DNA from: Mobula hypostoma
Lineage: Eukaryota
Reading direction: 5' to 3'
Assembly (NCBI RefSeq): GCF_963921235.1
Contig: NC_086108.1
Coordinates: 117,616,001 to 117,680,000, forward strand
DNA length: 64,000 nt
This document shows positions 52,600-64,000 of this stretch, piece by piece; the first letter of the stretch is position 1; each line of letters opens with the position of its first letter. The position numbers were made by a program, and so were the translations under genes. Under the pieces are notes generated by a model that saw only the letters and a list, made by a program, of their open reading frames with translations, searched no databases and had not been told where the DNA came from.

Positions 52600-52666
52600 G
52601 TAAGGACAGAATAATTTCCTGCTGCCTTTTCCCAGTCAACTCCCCAACCCAATCCCCCTATCTTTA

Positions 52667-54300
52667 AGCAACACACATCAAAGTTGCTGGTGAACGCAGC
52701 AGGCCAAGCAGCATCTGTAGGAAGAGGTGCAGTCGACATTTAAGGCCGAGACCCTTCGTCAGGACTAACTGAAGGAAGAGTGAGTAAGAGATTTGAAAGT
52801 TGGAGGGGGAGGGGGAGGGGGAGATCCAAAATGATAGGAGAAGACAGGAGGGGGAGGGTTGGAGCCAAGAGCTGGACAGGTGATAGGCAAAAGGGGATAC
52901 GAGAGGATCATGGGACAGGAGGTCTGGGAAGAAAGACGGAGTGGGGGGGGGACCCAGAGGATGGGCAAGAGGTATATTCAGAGGGACAGAGGGAGAAAAA
53001 GGAGAGTGAGAGAAAGAATGTGTGCATAAAAATAAGTAACAGATGGGGTACGAGGGGGAGGTGGGGCCTAGCGGAAGTTAGAGAAGTCGATGTTCATGCC
53101 ATCAGGTTGGAGGCTACCCAGACGGAATATAAGGTGTTGTTCCTCCAACCTGAGTGTGGCTTCATCTTTACAGTATAGGAGGCCGTGGATAGACATGTCA
53201 GAATGGGAATGGAATGTGGAATTAAAATGTGTGGCCACTGGGAGATCCTGCTTTCTCTGGCGGACAGAGCGTAGATGTTCAGCAAAGCGGTCTCCCAGTC
53301 TGCGTCAGGTCTCGCCAATATATAAAAGGCCACATCGGGAGCACTGGACGCAGTATATCACCCCAGTTGACTCACAGGTGAAGTGTTGCCTCACCTGGAA
53401 GGACTGTTTGGGGCCCTGAATGGTGGTAAGGGAGGAAGTGTAAGGGCATATGTAGCACTTGTTCCGCCTACACGGATAAGTGCCAGGAGGGAGATCAGTG
53501 GGGAGGGATGGGGGGGACGAATGGACAAGGGAGTTGTGTAGGGAGCGATCCCTGCGGAATGCAGAGAGAGGGGGGGAGGGAAAGATGGGCTTAGTGGTGG
53601 GATCCCGTTGGAGGTGGCGGAAGTTACGGAGAATAATATGTTGGACCCAGAGGCTGGTGGGGTGGTAGGTGAGGACCAGGGGAACCCTATTCCTAGTGGG
53701 GTGGCGGGAGGATGGAGTGAGAGCAGATGTACGTGAAATGGGGGAGATGCGTTTAAGAGCAGAGTTGATAGTGGAGGAAGGGAAGCCAGCCCCTTTCTTT
53801 AAAAAAGGAAGCCATCTCCCTCGTCCTAGAATGAAAAGCCTCATCCTGAGAGCAGATGCGGCGGAGATGGAGGAATCACGAGAAGGGGATGGCGTTTTTG
53901 CAAGAGACAGGGTGAGAAGAGGAATAGTCCAGATAGCTGTGAGAGTCAGTAGGCTTATTGTAGACATCAGTGGATAAGCTGTCTCCAGAGACAGAGACAG
54001 AAAGATCTAGAAAGGGGAGGGAGGTGTGGGAAATGGACCAGGTAAACTTGAGGGCAGGTTGAAAGTTGGAGGCAAAGTTAATAAAGGTAACGAGTTCTGC
54101 ATGCGTGCAGGAAGCAGCGCCAATGCAGTCGTCGATGTAGCGAAGGAAAAGTGGGGGACAGATACCAAATAGGCACGGAACATAGATTGTTCCACAAAGC
54201 CAACAAAAAGGCAGGCATAGCTAGGACCCATACGGGTGCCCATGGCTACACCTTTAGTTTGAAGGAAGTGGGAGGAGCCAAAGGAGAAATTATTAAGAGT
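52667..54300 (-). mobile_element. Penelope-like element (RT C-term + GIY-YIG endonuclease + 3' end), 15-bp TSD
   Basis: MGTRMGPSYACLFVG (RT). RVPLVLTYHP...FTCESTGVIYCVQCSRCGLLYIGET (GIY-YIG with Cys motifs). TSD ATCCCCCTATCTTTA at 52652-52666 and 54301-54315. Confidence 0.93.
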
Positions 54301-54905
54301 ATCCCCCTATCTTTACATCTCCCCACCCCATCTTCCACATCCCATCTCCTCCACCCAATTTCACCATCTCCCCTACATCTTTCATTTCCATCACCCCATC
54401 TACCTATCTCTCCCACATCTCCTCAAACCTATCTCCCTTTCTTTCCCACCCTCCCCATTATTCCACCTTGTCTCCCCATCTTCCTATTTCCCTCTCCCTA
54501 TTTCCTCATCTCCCTGTCCCCATATCCCCATCTACCCATCTCCCTCATCCTATCTCCCATCCCCTTCTGCACTCCCTCCCCATTTCCCTTTCCCCATATT
54601 CCCATTTTACCACCCCATCTCCCCATTGCCCTCATCCTATATTTCCATTGCGCCCATCCCATCTCCCATTTCCCCCATCCCATCTCCATCTTGCTATATC
54701 CCTCACCCCATCTCCCCCTCCCTATTTCCCCAGCCCCATGTCTCCATCACCCTCATCCTATCTCCCCATCTATACAATCCCATTTCCCCCACCCCATGTC
54801 CCATCTACCCATTTCACTCAGCCCATTTCCCCTACTCCTTCTCCCCCACCTCATCTCCCCATCTCCCTACCCACATCTCACCTTCCCCATCTCCACCACC
54901 TTGAG
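54301..54905. repeat. Pyrimidine-rich low-complexity tract (ccccatct-like)
   Basis: Nearly G-free plus strand with degenerate ccccatct units. Confidence 0.9.
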
Positions 54906-54909
54906 CAGG

Positions 54910-57637
54910 GGTAACTTTGTAGAAAAGTTTGCAGATAATATAAAGGTTGGTGGAGAGTTAGGTAGTGTTGAGGAAATAGGTAGGATGCAGAAGGATTTAG
55001 ACAGATTAGGAGAATGGGCAAGAAAGTGGCAAATGAAATACAATGTTGGAAAATACATGGTCATGCACTTTGGCAGTAGAAATCAATGTATAGACTATTT
55101 TCTAAACATGGAGAAAATCCAGGTATCTGAGATGCAGAGAGACTTTGGAGTCATTGTGCAGAATACCCTGAAGGTTAACTTGCAGGTTGAGTGGGTGGTG
55201 AGGAAGGCAAATGTCTTGTTGGCATTCATTTCAAGAGGTCTAGAATACAAGAGCAAGTATGTGACGCTAAGGCTTCACCTTCAGTATTGTGAACAGGTTG
55301 TGCTGATTTGAAAAGATGTGCTGGCATTGGAGAGGGTCCAGAGGAGGTTCACAAGGATGATTCCAGGAATGAAAGGGTTATCATACGAGGAACGTTTGAC
55401 AGCTCTGGGTCTGTACTTGCTGGAATTCGGAAGGATGGGGGGGAGGAATCTCATTGAACATTGAAAGGCCTAGACAGAGTGGATGTGGAAAGGATGTTTC
55501 CTGTGGTGGGAGAGTTTCGGACAAGAGGGCACAGCCTCAGGATAGAGGGGCATCCTTTCAAAACAGAGATGCAGAGAAATTTCTTTAGCCAAAGGCTGGT
55601 GAATTTGTGTAATTTGTTGCCACATGCAGCTGTGGAGGCCAGGTCATTGGTTGTATCAGATTGTCGGGTGTATTTAAGGCAGAGATTGATCGGTTCTTGA
55701 TTGGACATGTATTAAAGGTTATGGGGAGAAGGCCGGGAACTGGGGTTGAGGAAGAGATAGAAAAAAAGGATCTGCTATGATTGAATGATGGAGCAGACTC
55801 GATGGGCCAGATGGCCTAATTCCGCCCCTATGTCTTATGGTCTGATAGGTGCAGGCTTAGGTAGTGCTGAGGAAGCAATGTAATAGCAGCAGGACTGATA
55901 TGAATTGGAAGAATGGGCAAAAAAGTGGCAGAGGGAATACAGTGTTGGGAAATGTATGATAATGCATTTTGGTAAAAGAGAGAATAGTAAATGTGGAGAA
56001 GGTTCAAACATCAGAGGTGCAGAGGGACTTAGGAATCCAAGTGAAGACTCCAAGAAGGTTAATTTACAGGTTGAGTGTGTAGTAAAGGCTGTGTAAATCT
56101 AATCAAGAAGAAGAGTTTACCAAAGGTTCAAAAAACTAGGTAATGATAGAGTTCTAGAAAATTATAAGGCTAGCAGGAAGGAGCTTAAGAAAGAAATGAG
56201 GAGAGCCAGAAGGGGCCATGAGAAGATCTTGGTGGACAGGATTAAGGAAAACCCCAAGGCATTCTATACGTATGTGAAGAGCAAGAGGATAATTCGTGAG
56301 AGAATAGGACCAATCAAGTGTGACAGTGGTAAAGTGTATATGGAACCGGAGGAGATAGCAAAGGTACTTAATGAGTGCTTTGCTTCAGCATTCACTACAG
56401 AAAAGGATTGTGGCAATTGTAGGGATGACTTACAGCGGACTGAAAAGCTTGAGCACGTAGATATTAAGAAAGAGGATGTGCTGGAGCTTTTGGGAAGCAT
56501 CGTTAGATAAGTGACTGGGACCAGACGAAATGTACCCCAGGCTACTGTGGGAGGTGAGGAAAGAGATTGCTGAGCCTCTGGCAATGATCCTTGCAGCATC
56601 AATGGGGACGGGAGAGGTTCCGGAGGATTGGAGGGTTGCAGATTTTGTTCCATTATTCAAGAAAGGGAGTAGCGATAGCCCAGGAATTTACAGACCAGTG
56701 AGTCTTACTTCAGTGGTTGGTATATTTAAGAGAAGGTTGGACAGATTTTTGCATCGCAGGGGAGTTAGGGGAAAAGGCAGGCAGGAGGAGATGAGCCCAT
56801 GGTCAGATCAGCCATGATTTTATTGAATGGCAGAGTAGGCTCGATGGGCCAGATAGGCTACTTCTGCTCCTATTGCTTATGTGCTTATGTTCTAATGTTC
56901 TTCTAAAAGCAAGGAGATAATGCTGAGTCTTTATAAGAGACTAGGTTCCTGATTAACCAGGGCGTCAAAGGGTCTGGGGAGAAGGCAGGGGAGTGGGGAT
57001 GACTGGAAGAATTGGATCAACCCATGATTGAATGGCACAGCAGACTCGATGGGCCGATTGTCCTACTTCTGCTCCTATATCTTATGGTCTTATAGTCAGA
57101 CCACAGTTAGAGTATTGTCAACAGTTTTAGGCTCAATATCTCAGAAAGGATGTGTTGCTGTTGGAGAGAGTCCAGCGGAGTTTCATAAGCATGAATTTTG
57201 GAATGAGGGGGCTAACATATGAGCAGCGTTTAGAAGCTTTGTTCCTGTACCCACTGGAATTCAGAAGAATGCCGGGGGCTGTCATCGAAACCTACCGAAT
57301 GTTGAAAGGAGTAGATAGGTTTGATGTGGAAAGGATGTTTCCTCTGGTGGCATATTCAGAACTGGAAAGCACAGCCTCAAAATTGAGTGGTGACCTCTGA
57401 AAACAGGAGTAAGGAGTAAATTTTTAGCCAGAGAGTAGTAAATCTGTGGAATGCTCTGCTAACAGACTGTAGTGGAGGCCAAGTCCTTTCGTATATTTAA
57501 GGCGGAAGTTGATCATTTCCCGATCGGTCAGGGCATCAAATGATATGGCGAGAAGGCAGGTGTATAGGGTTGAGTGGAATCCAGGAGACTCGATGGGCTG
57601 AAGGCCTAATACTGCTTCTATGTCCTATGATCTTATC
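54910..57637 (+). mobile_element. Stack of nested CR1 fragments (at least 4-5 copies)
   Basis: KFADNIKVGG (~54925), ORFs 55461-55700, 56196-56817 and 57152-57400. Several tcttatgg/tcttatgt tails at ~55840, ~56890, ~57090 and ~57630. Confidence 0.85.
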
Positions 57638-57639
57638 AC

Positions 57640-59110
57640 ATGCCTTTTCCAGCTCATCTTAAAATTTCAATCCCACATCTTGGCTACTATCTGCAGGCCT
57701 ATGTATGTTTCCATTGATAGTTTTTTACCCTTGCAATTTCTTAACTCCACCCGCAAAGATTCAATTTTCTCTGACCCAATGTCACCTCTTTCTAAAGATC
57801 TACTTTCATCTCTTACCAACAGGAACACACCACCACCTACGCCTTCCTGCCTGTCCTTGCACTGCAAAGTATATCCTTTGATGTTGAACTCCCAACTATG
57901 GCCTTCTTTCAGCCATGACTCAGTATTGCTCACAATGTCATATCGATCAATCTCTAATTGCGCCACGAGTTCATCCACCTTATTTCGAATGCTACATGCA
58001 TTTAAATACAGCACCTTCAGTCCTGCATTCTTTGCACTTTTGAATTTTGCCTCTGTAGAACAATTTAACTCTTTGCTTTGTCTGCCTTTGTACCCAATCA
58101 CTGGCGTGTCCTTCCTTACATTCATGTTACACCCATCATCTACTTGTAAACCTGCTGGCTCATCCTCAGCTCTATCGTGCCAGTTCCCATCCCTTTGCCA
58201 TATTAGTTTAAACCACTCCCAACAGCTCTCGTAAATCTGCCCGCAAGAATATTGGTCCCCCTCCGATTCAGGTGCAACCTGTCCCCTTTGTATAGGTCCC
58301 ACCTGCCCCAGAAGAGGTTCCACTTATCCAGAAATCTGCATCCCTGCCCTCTACTCCAATTCTTCAGCCACGCATTTATCTGCCACCTCATTTTATTCCC
58401 CTGCTCATTGTTGCGTGGCACTGGGAGCAATACTGAGATTACTACCCTTGAGGCTCTGCTTCTCTGCTTCCTTCCTAACCCCCTATATTATTTTCTCAGG
58501 ACCTCCTCCCTTTTTCTAACTATGTCGTTGGTACCAATATGTGCAACGAATTCTAGTTGCTCATCCTCCCTTTTCAGGATATTGTGGACACGTCCAGAAA
58601 CATCTCAGATCCTGTCACCTGGGAGGCAAACTACCATTCGTGTTTCCTTTTTATGTCCACAGAATCGCCTGTTTGTCCCCCTGATTATAGAGTCCCCTAT
58701 TACTGCTCCCACCCTCTCAGTTTCCTACCCTTCTGAACTCCAGGGCCAGAGTCAGTACCAGAGGCATAGCCGCATTTGCTTCCCCCAGATAGGTTGCTCC
58801 CCCCCCTCACCAACAGTACCCAAAATAGAGTACTCATTGCTGAGGGGGACCACCAAAGGGGTGCTCTCCACTCTCTGATACCCCCGCTTCCCCCACCCAT
58901 TTATTTGTCTGCTGTAGCCTTGAGATGACTAACAAGTCAAAGGTCATCGAGCTGCAGTTCCAGTTCCCTAACACGGTCTCTGAGGAGCTGCATCTCGGTG
59001 CACCTGGTACAGATGTGGCCATCAGGGAGGCTGGGTGTCTCCTGGAATTCTCATATCTGACACCCAGAACAGAACACTGGCTCTGTAGACATACCCCCCA
59101 TTCTCTTTGG
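57640..59110 (-). mobile_element. CR1 5' portion: ORF1 (zinc finger/coiled coil + esterase) and start of ORF2 endonuclease
   Basis: Minus strand CTRCTEMQLLRDRVRELELQLDDL (~58940-59012), VIGDSIIRG (~58675-58705), GLKVLYLNACSIRNKVDEL (ORF 57667-58323). Confidence 0.88.
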
Positions 59111-60221
59111 AGTTGAATTTTCCTCTCTCCGTCTTCCCATTTACCCCATCCCATCCCATTTTCCCCTCCCCATCTCCCCATTTCCCCGTCTCTCTCAACC
59201 CATCTCCCCATGGCATTCATCCTGTCTCCCATCTTTCCCAACCCAGCTCACGCTTCCTATCTTCCTCTTCCTCTCACCCCACCTCCCCTTATTATCTCCC
59301 TATCCCCATTTCTCCATCACCCTCATCCTATCTCCCCATCTGCCCATTTCCCAATCTCCCCAACACAATCACTCCCCACCTATCTCACCTTCCCTGTTTT
59401 CAACACCGCATCTCCACATCCCCATCACCTCCATCACCACATCTACCCATTTTCGTCACTGCATCTTCCCATCTCCATCACCACAACTCCTGGTCTCCAT
59501 CTCCCTATCTCCCTCACCCCATCTCCCCATCTACCCCATACCATTTTGCCATTTCCAAGTCGCCACCACCCAGCTCCCCATCTCCCCTCCTTCAACCCCC
59601 TCCCCATCTCAACCTCCCCATCTCACCAACCCCATCTTGCCCACCCCCATCTTCCTCACCCCATCTCCTGCCCCCATTTCATCCTCCCCGCCTTTCCCAG
59701 CACATCCCCATCACCTGCACCCCATTTCTCACCTACCCCAACTTCTCCATCCCATCCCTTTCCCCACCCCATCTTCCTATAACCCCAAGCCATCTCCCTC
59801 ACACCTTCTCCACCCTCCCCATTTCCTACTCCCCTCCTCCACACTTACCTCTCTCCAACTCCCTCACCCCATGGCTTCCCCATCTCACTCCATCTCCCCA
59901 TCAACCCCTCTTTCCCTTCCTCTCCCCAACTCCATCTCCCTGTCTACCCCACCCCATCTCACCATTTACCCCACCCTTCCCATGTCTCCATCGCCCATCA
60001 ACTCCTCTTTCCTTTTCCCCATCCTCATCTTCCCATTTCCACCACATCTCCGTCTACCTCACCCCATCCATCTCCAAATCTCACTCACCGCTCCACCCAT
60101 CTCCCTATCTCGCCCACCTCATCTCTCCCAACCCACATCCCACACCCCATTTCCCCCTCCCCATCTCCCGCATCCCATCTCTCCCCTACCCTATCTTCCC
60201 CATCCCATCCCTACATCTCCC
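59110..60221. repeat. Pyrimidine-rich low-complexity tract (ccccatct-like)
   Basis: Same composition as 54301-54905. Confidence 0.9.
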
Positions 60222-60566
60222 TGTCGATCTACCTCTCTACCAGAGGCCTTTAGGTTCAGACCCGGGGAATAACTGTCAAACACAGTTTACTGAAAAGTAC
60301 GTACTGTTTATTAGCAAGCTTGTGTTCTCAGTTGGCAACACAGAGTCCCTGCTCACTAAACTTGAGAAAATCTGCAGCCAAGTGAGCCCAGAATACAGTT
60401 TGGAGCTGCTGATATACATTGTTATCACATACAGATAAGGGTAGACTGAGAAGTTTCTCATGGAGCAAACACTTCTTTGTTCATACATTATGCTCACAGA
60501 ATGACTTGTCAAGCTGCCAATAAGTCAGTTAGGTTCTAGCCCTGTAATTCTACATATAAGTCTTCA
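60222..60566 (-). repeat. Probable 3' LTR of the ERV (~345 bp)
   Basis: The minus strand starts TGAAGAC right after PPT AAAAGGAAGGAA (60567-60578), has AATAAA at 60307-60312 and ends ...GATCGACA at the junction with the low-complexity tract. The partner LTR is outside the window. Confidence 0.7.
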
Positions 60567-60699
60567 TTCCTTCCTTTTGTCATTCCACGACAACTAGGAT
60601 GATCAAAATTAAGTTGTTGTACATCTTAATTTTCATATTCGTGTAAGAAGGGTGGATCATCGTAGTCTCCATCCTTATCATTTGCACCTTGGTCTCTCT

Positions 60700-61911
60700 G
60701 AGGTCCCCTTTATTTAGGGGCACTATTTGTATAAATATCCCTGTAGGTGTAGGGATAAAGCACCGGCTGACAGGGGGCCATAAACATCGGAAAAGTGCAA
60801 TAAGTATGAGTACTCTGCGATGATGATAGCATAATGAGGCAGTATACCACTCCATCCTGCGAAGATGTCACTGAAGGGCCACAATTTCCATTTTGAGCTC
60901 AAGCCATGATTTTCCAGAGTTCAGTTCCCTCCTTTTGACTGTGAATGGAGAGAGAGGTGATGTTCTCTGATTCATCCAGGACTATGGTGCAGCACTCTAG
61001 TCCTTTAATGCCACATGCACCTCCTTTTTCAGCCAGAACAAATTCGGTTTTGTAAAACAGTCTGTCGTAGCACCATCATTTCAGCAGTGATGGCCCTCAC
61101 CTGATCCTGGACGCCATCCATGGCCTTAGTGGTACTATTGCCCATCTCCTCCAAAACTGCGGCCAGGTTGATGATTTCCCTTGAATTGTGGGCCACCCAG
61201 TAGAAAGGAAAAGCTATCATGCAGAAGCGCTCCGGTTGTGAGATTCCTCGCTTTTGCCATAGGAGGAAAGGGTGCTGGTCCAGGGTTTTCAGCATTCGCG
61301 TGTGGGGTACAAGGTGAGCCAGGAAGCAGCATCCCATCCATTTTTGCTCCCTTGTTAGGTGTCCCATCGGCTAGCTGTCTCTCCTGGGAGCCACAAGTAG
61401 CTCCTTTCTCTGCAAACCCATTGAGTTCTGTTTAGGGGGCGTGGTGGTTTGGCCATTGTATAAATGACATAGGTGCTATTGCCCAGAAAGTAAGTCTCCT
61501 TACCGTTGAAAGTATTCGCTGGTTGGTCAGATCTGACAATGGTGGAGGGCCATGATGTCTGACCTCCCCATCAGATGGCTTTTTCCTGAGTGGGAGGGAG
61601 ACGAATGTTCCAGCCATCAAAGCAGTGGCACCCACAGTCTCCAATCACATCACTGGTGCAATTTTGGGCCTCACTAGTCTTGAGTGTCATTAGAAAACTG
61701 ACTGACCGTTGTTCACTGCTATTCAGCGGAACGGCTATTAGGGGAACCCCTGTCTTCCCATGGGGAGGAATTGCTGCACACACCCAGCAGGCAGATGAGT
61801 CCATTTTCCCAGCATAATAATAGCAAAGCGACAGGAAGCTGTTTGACTCGGTTACTACAATACAAGCGCTTAAGATTACAGTACAAGTATAGACAGTAAT
61901 AGTTTACTCAT
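60700..61911 (-). pseudogene. env: Retroviral env pseudogene (gamma-type)
   Basis: Signal-like MSKLLLSILVL, SU motif CWVC, cleavage-like WQKR/GI, heptad region, ISD-like LRQTVLQNR...LAEKGGAC, and CGIKGLECC (CX6CC). Frameshifted. Confidence 0.85.
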
Positions 61912-63660
61912 GAATGCACACGTTTGACGTGTTCTAGATATGTCCATTTTGGAAGTCCTTGTAGTTTGACTGGCATTGGAGTGGTCAGTTTCACTTGGTT
62001 GGGTCCTTTCCAGTGAGGCTCAAGCTTCTTTCTAAGATGGTTCTTTATGAGAACAGAGTCCCTGGGCAAACTCGATGTTCATTTTCCAGTTCCTCCCCTT
62101 CCCTGTGAGCCTCCTTCACCTGTGAATGCAATACCTGGAGAGATTTGGTTAGTGCCAGGATATACCCTATAATTTCATTCGACATTTCATTCAGGTCCAT
62201 CTCAGGTAATTTTGGGGTCAGCAAGGCAGCCTTCCATGGGGTTCTAAATGATCTGCCATGTACTATTTCGGCTGCTGATAAACCATGCTTGGTCTGATAA
62301 TGAGTTCTCATCTGGAACAAGACTATTAGCAGCACTTTAAGCCAGTTTTGACCAGTTTCTTGTCCTAGTTTTTAGCCAGATTTTTTTTTCGCATTCCATT
62401 AGCCCTTTCAATCAGGCCGGCAGCCTGCGGTCTGTGGGGGTAATGTTTAATACCAAGAGCCTGGCATAGTGTGGTATTAATCTCACCAACAAAATGAGGG
62501 CCGTTGTCAGATACAACTTACTCCGGTACTCCGAATCTGGGAATGATTTCTTTCAACAAGATATGCACCATGGTATCGACTTTGTTATCTGTGGTGGGAT
62601 ATGTTTCAATCCATCTGCTAAAAACATCAAGTATCACAAGACAATACTTATAACAGTGCATGCGCTGTAATTTGATAAAATTGAGTTGTAGTTGGCAGGA
62701 AGGGTATCTTGGCAACTGGATATATCTCTTTGGGCATGGGGTGTCTTTTCCTGGAGTATGTTCTTGGCATATCTTGATATATTATCTGGCAATATTCTCA
62801 GCTACTTTCTCCAAGTCTGAGCTCCACCATGATTCCAAACATTGCCTTACCATTCCCTCCTTGCCAAGGTGAGTATTAGTATGTAAAAAATCTACAATAT
62901 AGCCCAGTATAGTTTCAGGTACACAGACCTGACGGGCAGGAGTAAGCCAGAGGTCCTCGGTCACTGAGTAAAAATATCCAGCCGATTCCCAGGTGGCTTT
63001 CTCCTTTTAGGGGCGTTCGTCTGCAAAACACAGACATCCTCAATTCCAGGCATGTCCTTTGATTCGGAAACGGGGGATTCAGATTTTCCCAGTGATTAGT
63101 CATTTGGAGAGCAATCAGGCAGCTTGTTTCACAGCTGAGTCCGCTCTGTTGTTTCCACGGTTAGTCTCAGTGGTACCTTTAGTGTGTGCAGAGCGTTTAA
63201 TTGTGAAGGGAGGCAGATGGTTGTCAATGTAAATTTTATTAGTGATGGGCCTGCCGGGGAGGTGACGTAACCCATAGCTTTCCAAAATTGGCCCAAGTCA
63301 TGAGCGGCTCCAAAGGCCTATCTAGAGTCTGTAAAAATACTGGCCGATTTCCCAGTGGCTAGGATGCTTGCTCTCGTGAGTGCAAAGAGTTCAGCTGTCT
63401 GCGCCAAGTGAGGAGAAAGAAAAGGAAGCGGACGCCACGGTTTCTATGTCCAAAACAACAGCATAGTCTACACGGTGCTGGCCTTGGTTGTCCATAAAGG
63501 AGCTTCCATCAACATAGAAAACTAAATCCAGGTTAGCGAGGGGGATGTCAGTCATGTCAGGTCGGACTTCTGTCAGTTGGTGATTTATTGTTGCACAATC
63601 ATGGGGTGGTGAATCTAGACGCTCAGGTGGTCACTCTGAAAAGGTGGCTGGGTTCACAGT

Positions 63661-64000
63661 AGCGATGGAGGATGAGAGGTGACCTGATAGAGGTGTACAA
63701 GATGATGAGAGGCATTGATTGTGTGGATAGTCAGAGGCTTTTTCCCAGGGCTGAAATGGCTAGCACAAGAGGGCATAGTTTTAAGGTGCTTGGAGGTAGG
63801 TACAGAGGAGATGTCAGGGGTAGGTTTTTTAGGCAGAGAGTGGTGAGTGCGTGGAATGGGCTGCCGGCTGTGGTGGTGGAGGCGGAAACGATAGGGTCTT
63901 TTAAGAGATTCCTGGATGGATACATGGAGCTTAGAAAAATAGAGGACTATGGGTAAGCCTAGGTAGTTCTAAGGTGAGAACATGTTCAGCACAGCTTTGT
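63661..64000 (+). mobile_element. Short CR1 3' fragment inserted in ERV pol (runs off window)
   Basis: ORF 63672-63956 MRGDLIEVYKMMRGID...; same subfamily as 11261-12203 and 28852-30205. Confidence 0.9.

Larger units (their letters stand above)
60222..63660 (-). mobile_element. Endogenous retrovirus, class I (epsilon/gamma-like), 3' half: RNase H-integrase-env-PPT-3' LTR; interrupted by CR1 at ~63661
   Basis: RNase H: PHDC...DIPLANLDLVFYVDGSS...AQTAELFAL...FTDSR. Integrase: HTNTHLGKEG, YCLVILDVFSRWIE, LKEIIPRFGVPE, SDNGPHF. env motifs, PPT and LTR also present. Confidence 0.9.

Noticed and set aside
54151..55311. 386-aa Pro-rich ORF apparently fused to RT
   Set aside because: A stop-poor pyrimidine tract by chance joins antisense PLE sequence to a CR1 fragment.
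59107..60438. 443-aa extensin-like ORF
   Set aside because: Low-complexity C/T-rich DNA lacks stop codons by composition.
1721..63956. Bacterial RT systems (retron, DGR, group II intron)
   Set aside because: All RT motifs are CR1, Rex1/Babar or Penelope types, fragmented and nested, with no operon structure.

Overview
Eukaryotic (vertebrate) genomic DNA, most likely a cartilaginous fish (shark/ray), inferred from the HE1-type V-SINE and the CR1/Rex/Penelope repeat mix. Most of the window is nested transposable elements. It holds dozens of CR1-clade LINE fragments on both strands, Rex1/Babar LINE pieces and an internally deleted hAT transposon with TIRs and an 8-bp TSD. There is a Tc1 remnant, several Penelope-like elements (PLEs) carrying minimal hammerhead-ribozyme motifs, and two minisatellites. 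A young Gmr1-type Gypsy LTR element has the order gag-protease-integrase and has lost RT and most of RNase H. The window also contains the 3' half of a class I (epsilon/gamma-like) endogenous retrovirus with env and LTR. No intact host gene is visible. One well-flanked 59-nt candidate exon (52541-52599, +) suggests the window may lie inside long introns. The most notable observations are: (1) the RT-less Gmr1 element with near-identical LTRs; (2) three PLE insertions sharing 14-15-bp TSDs and nearly the same breakpoint, two of them with an inverted terminal segment; (3) the ERV env. All calls come from reading the sequence by eye. Boundaries of degenerate LINE fragments are approximate.
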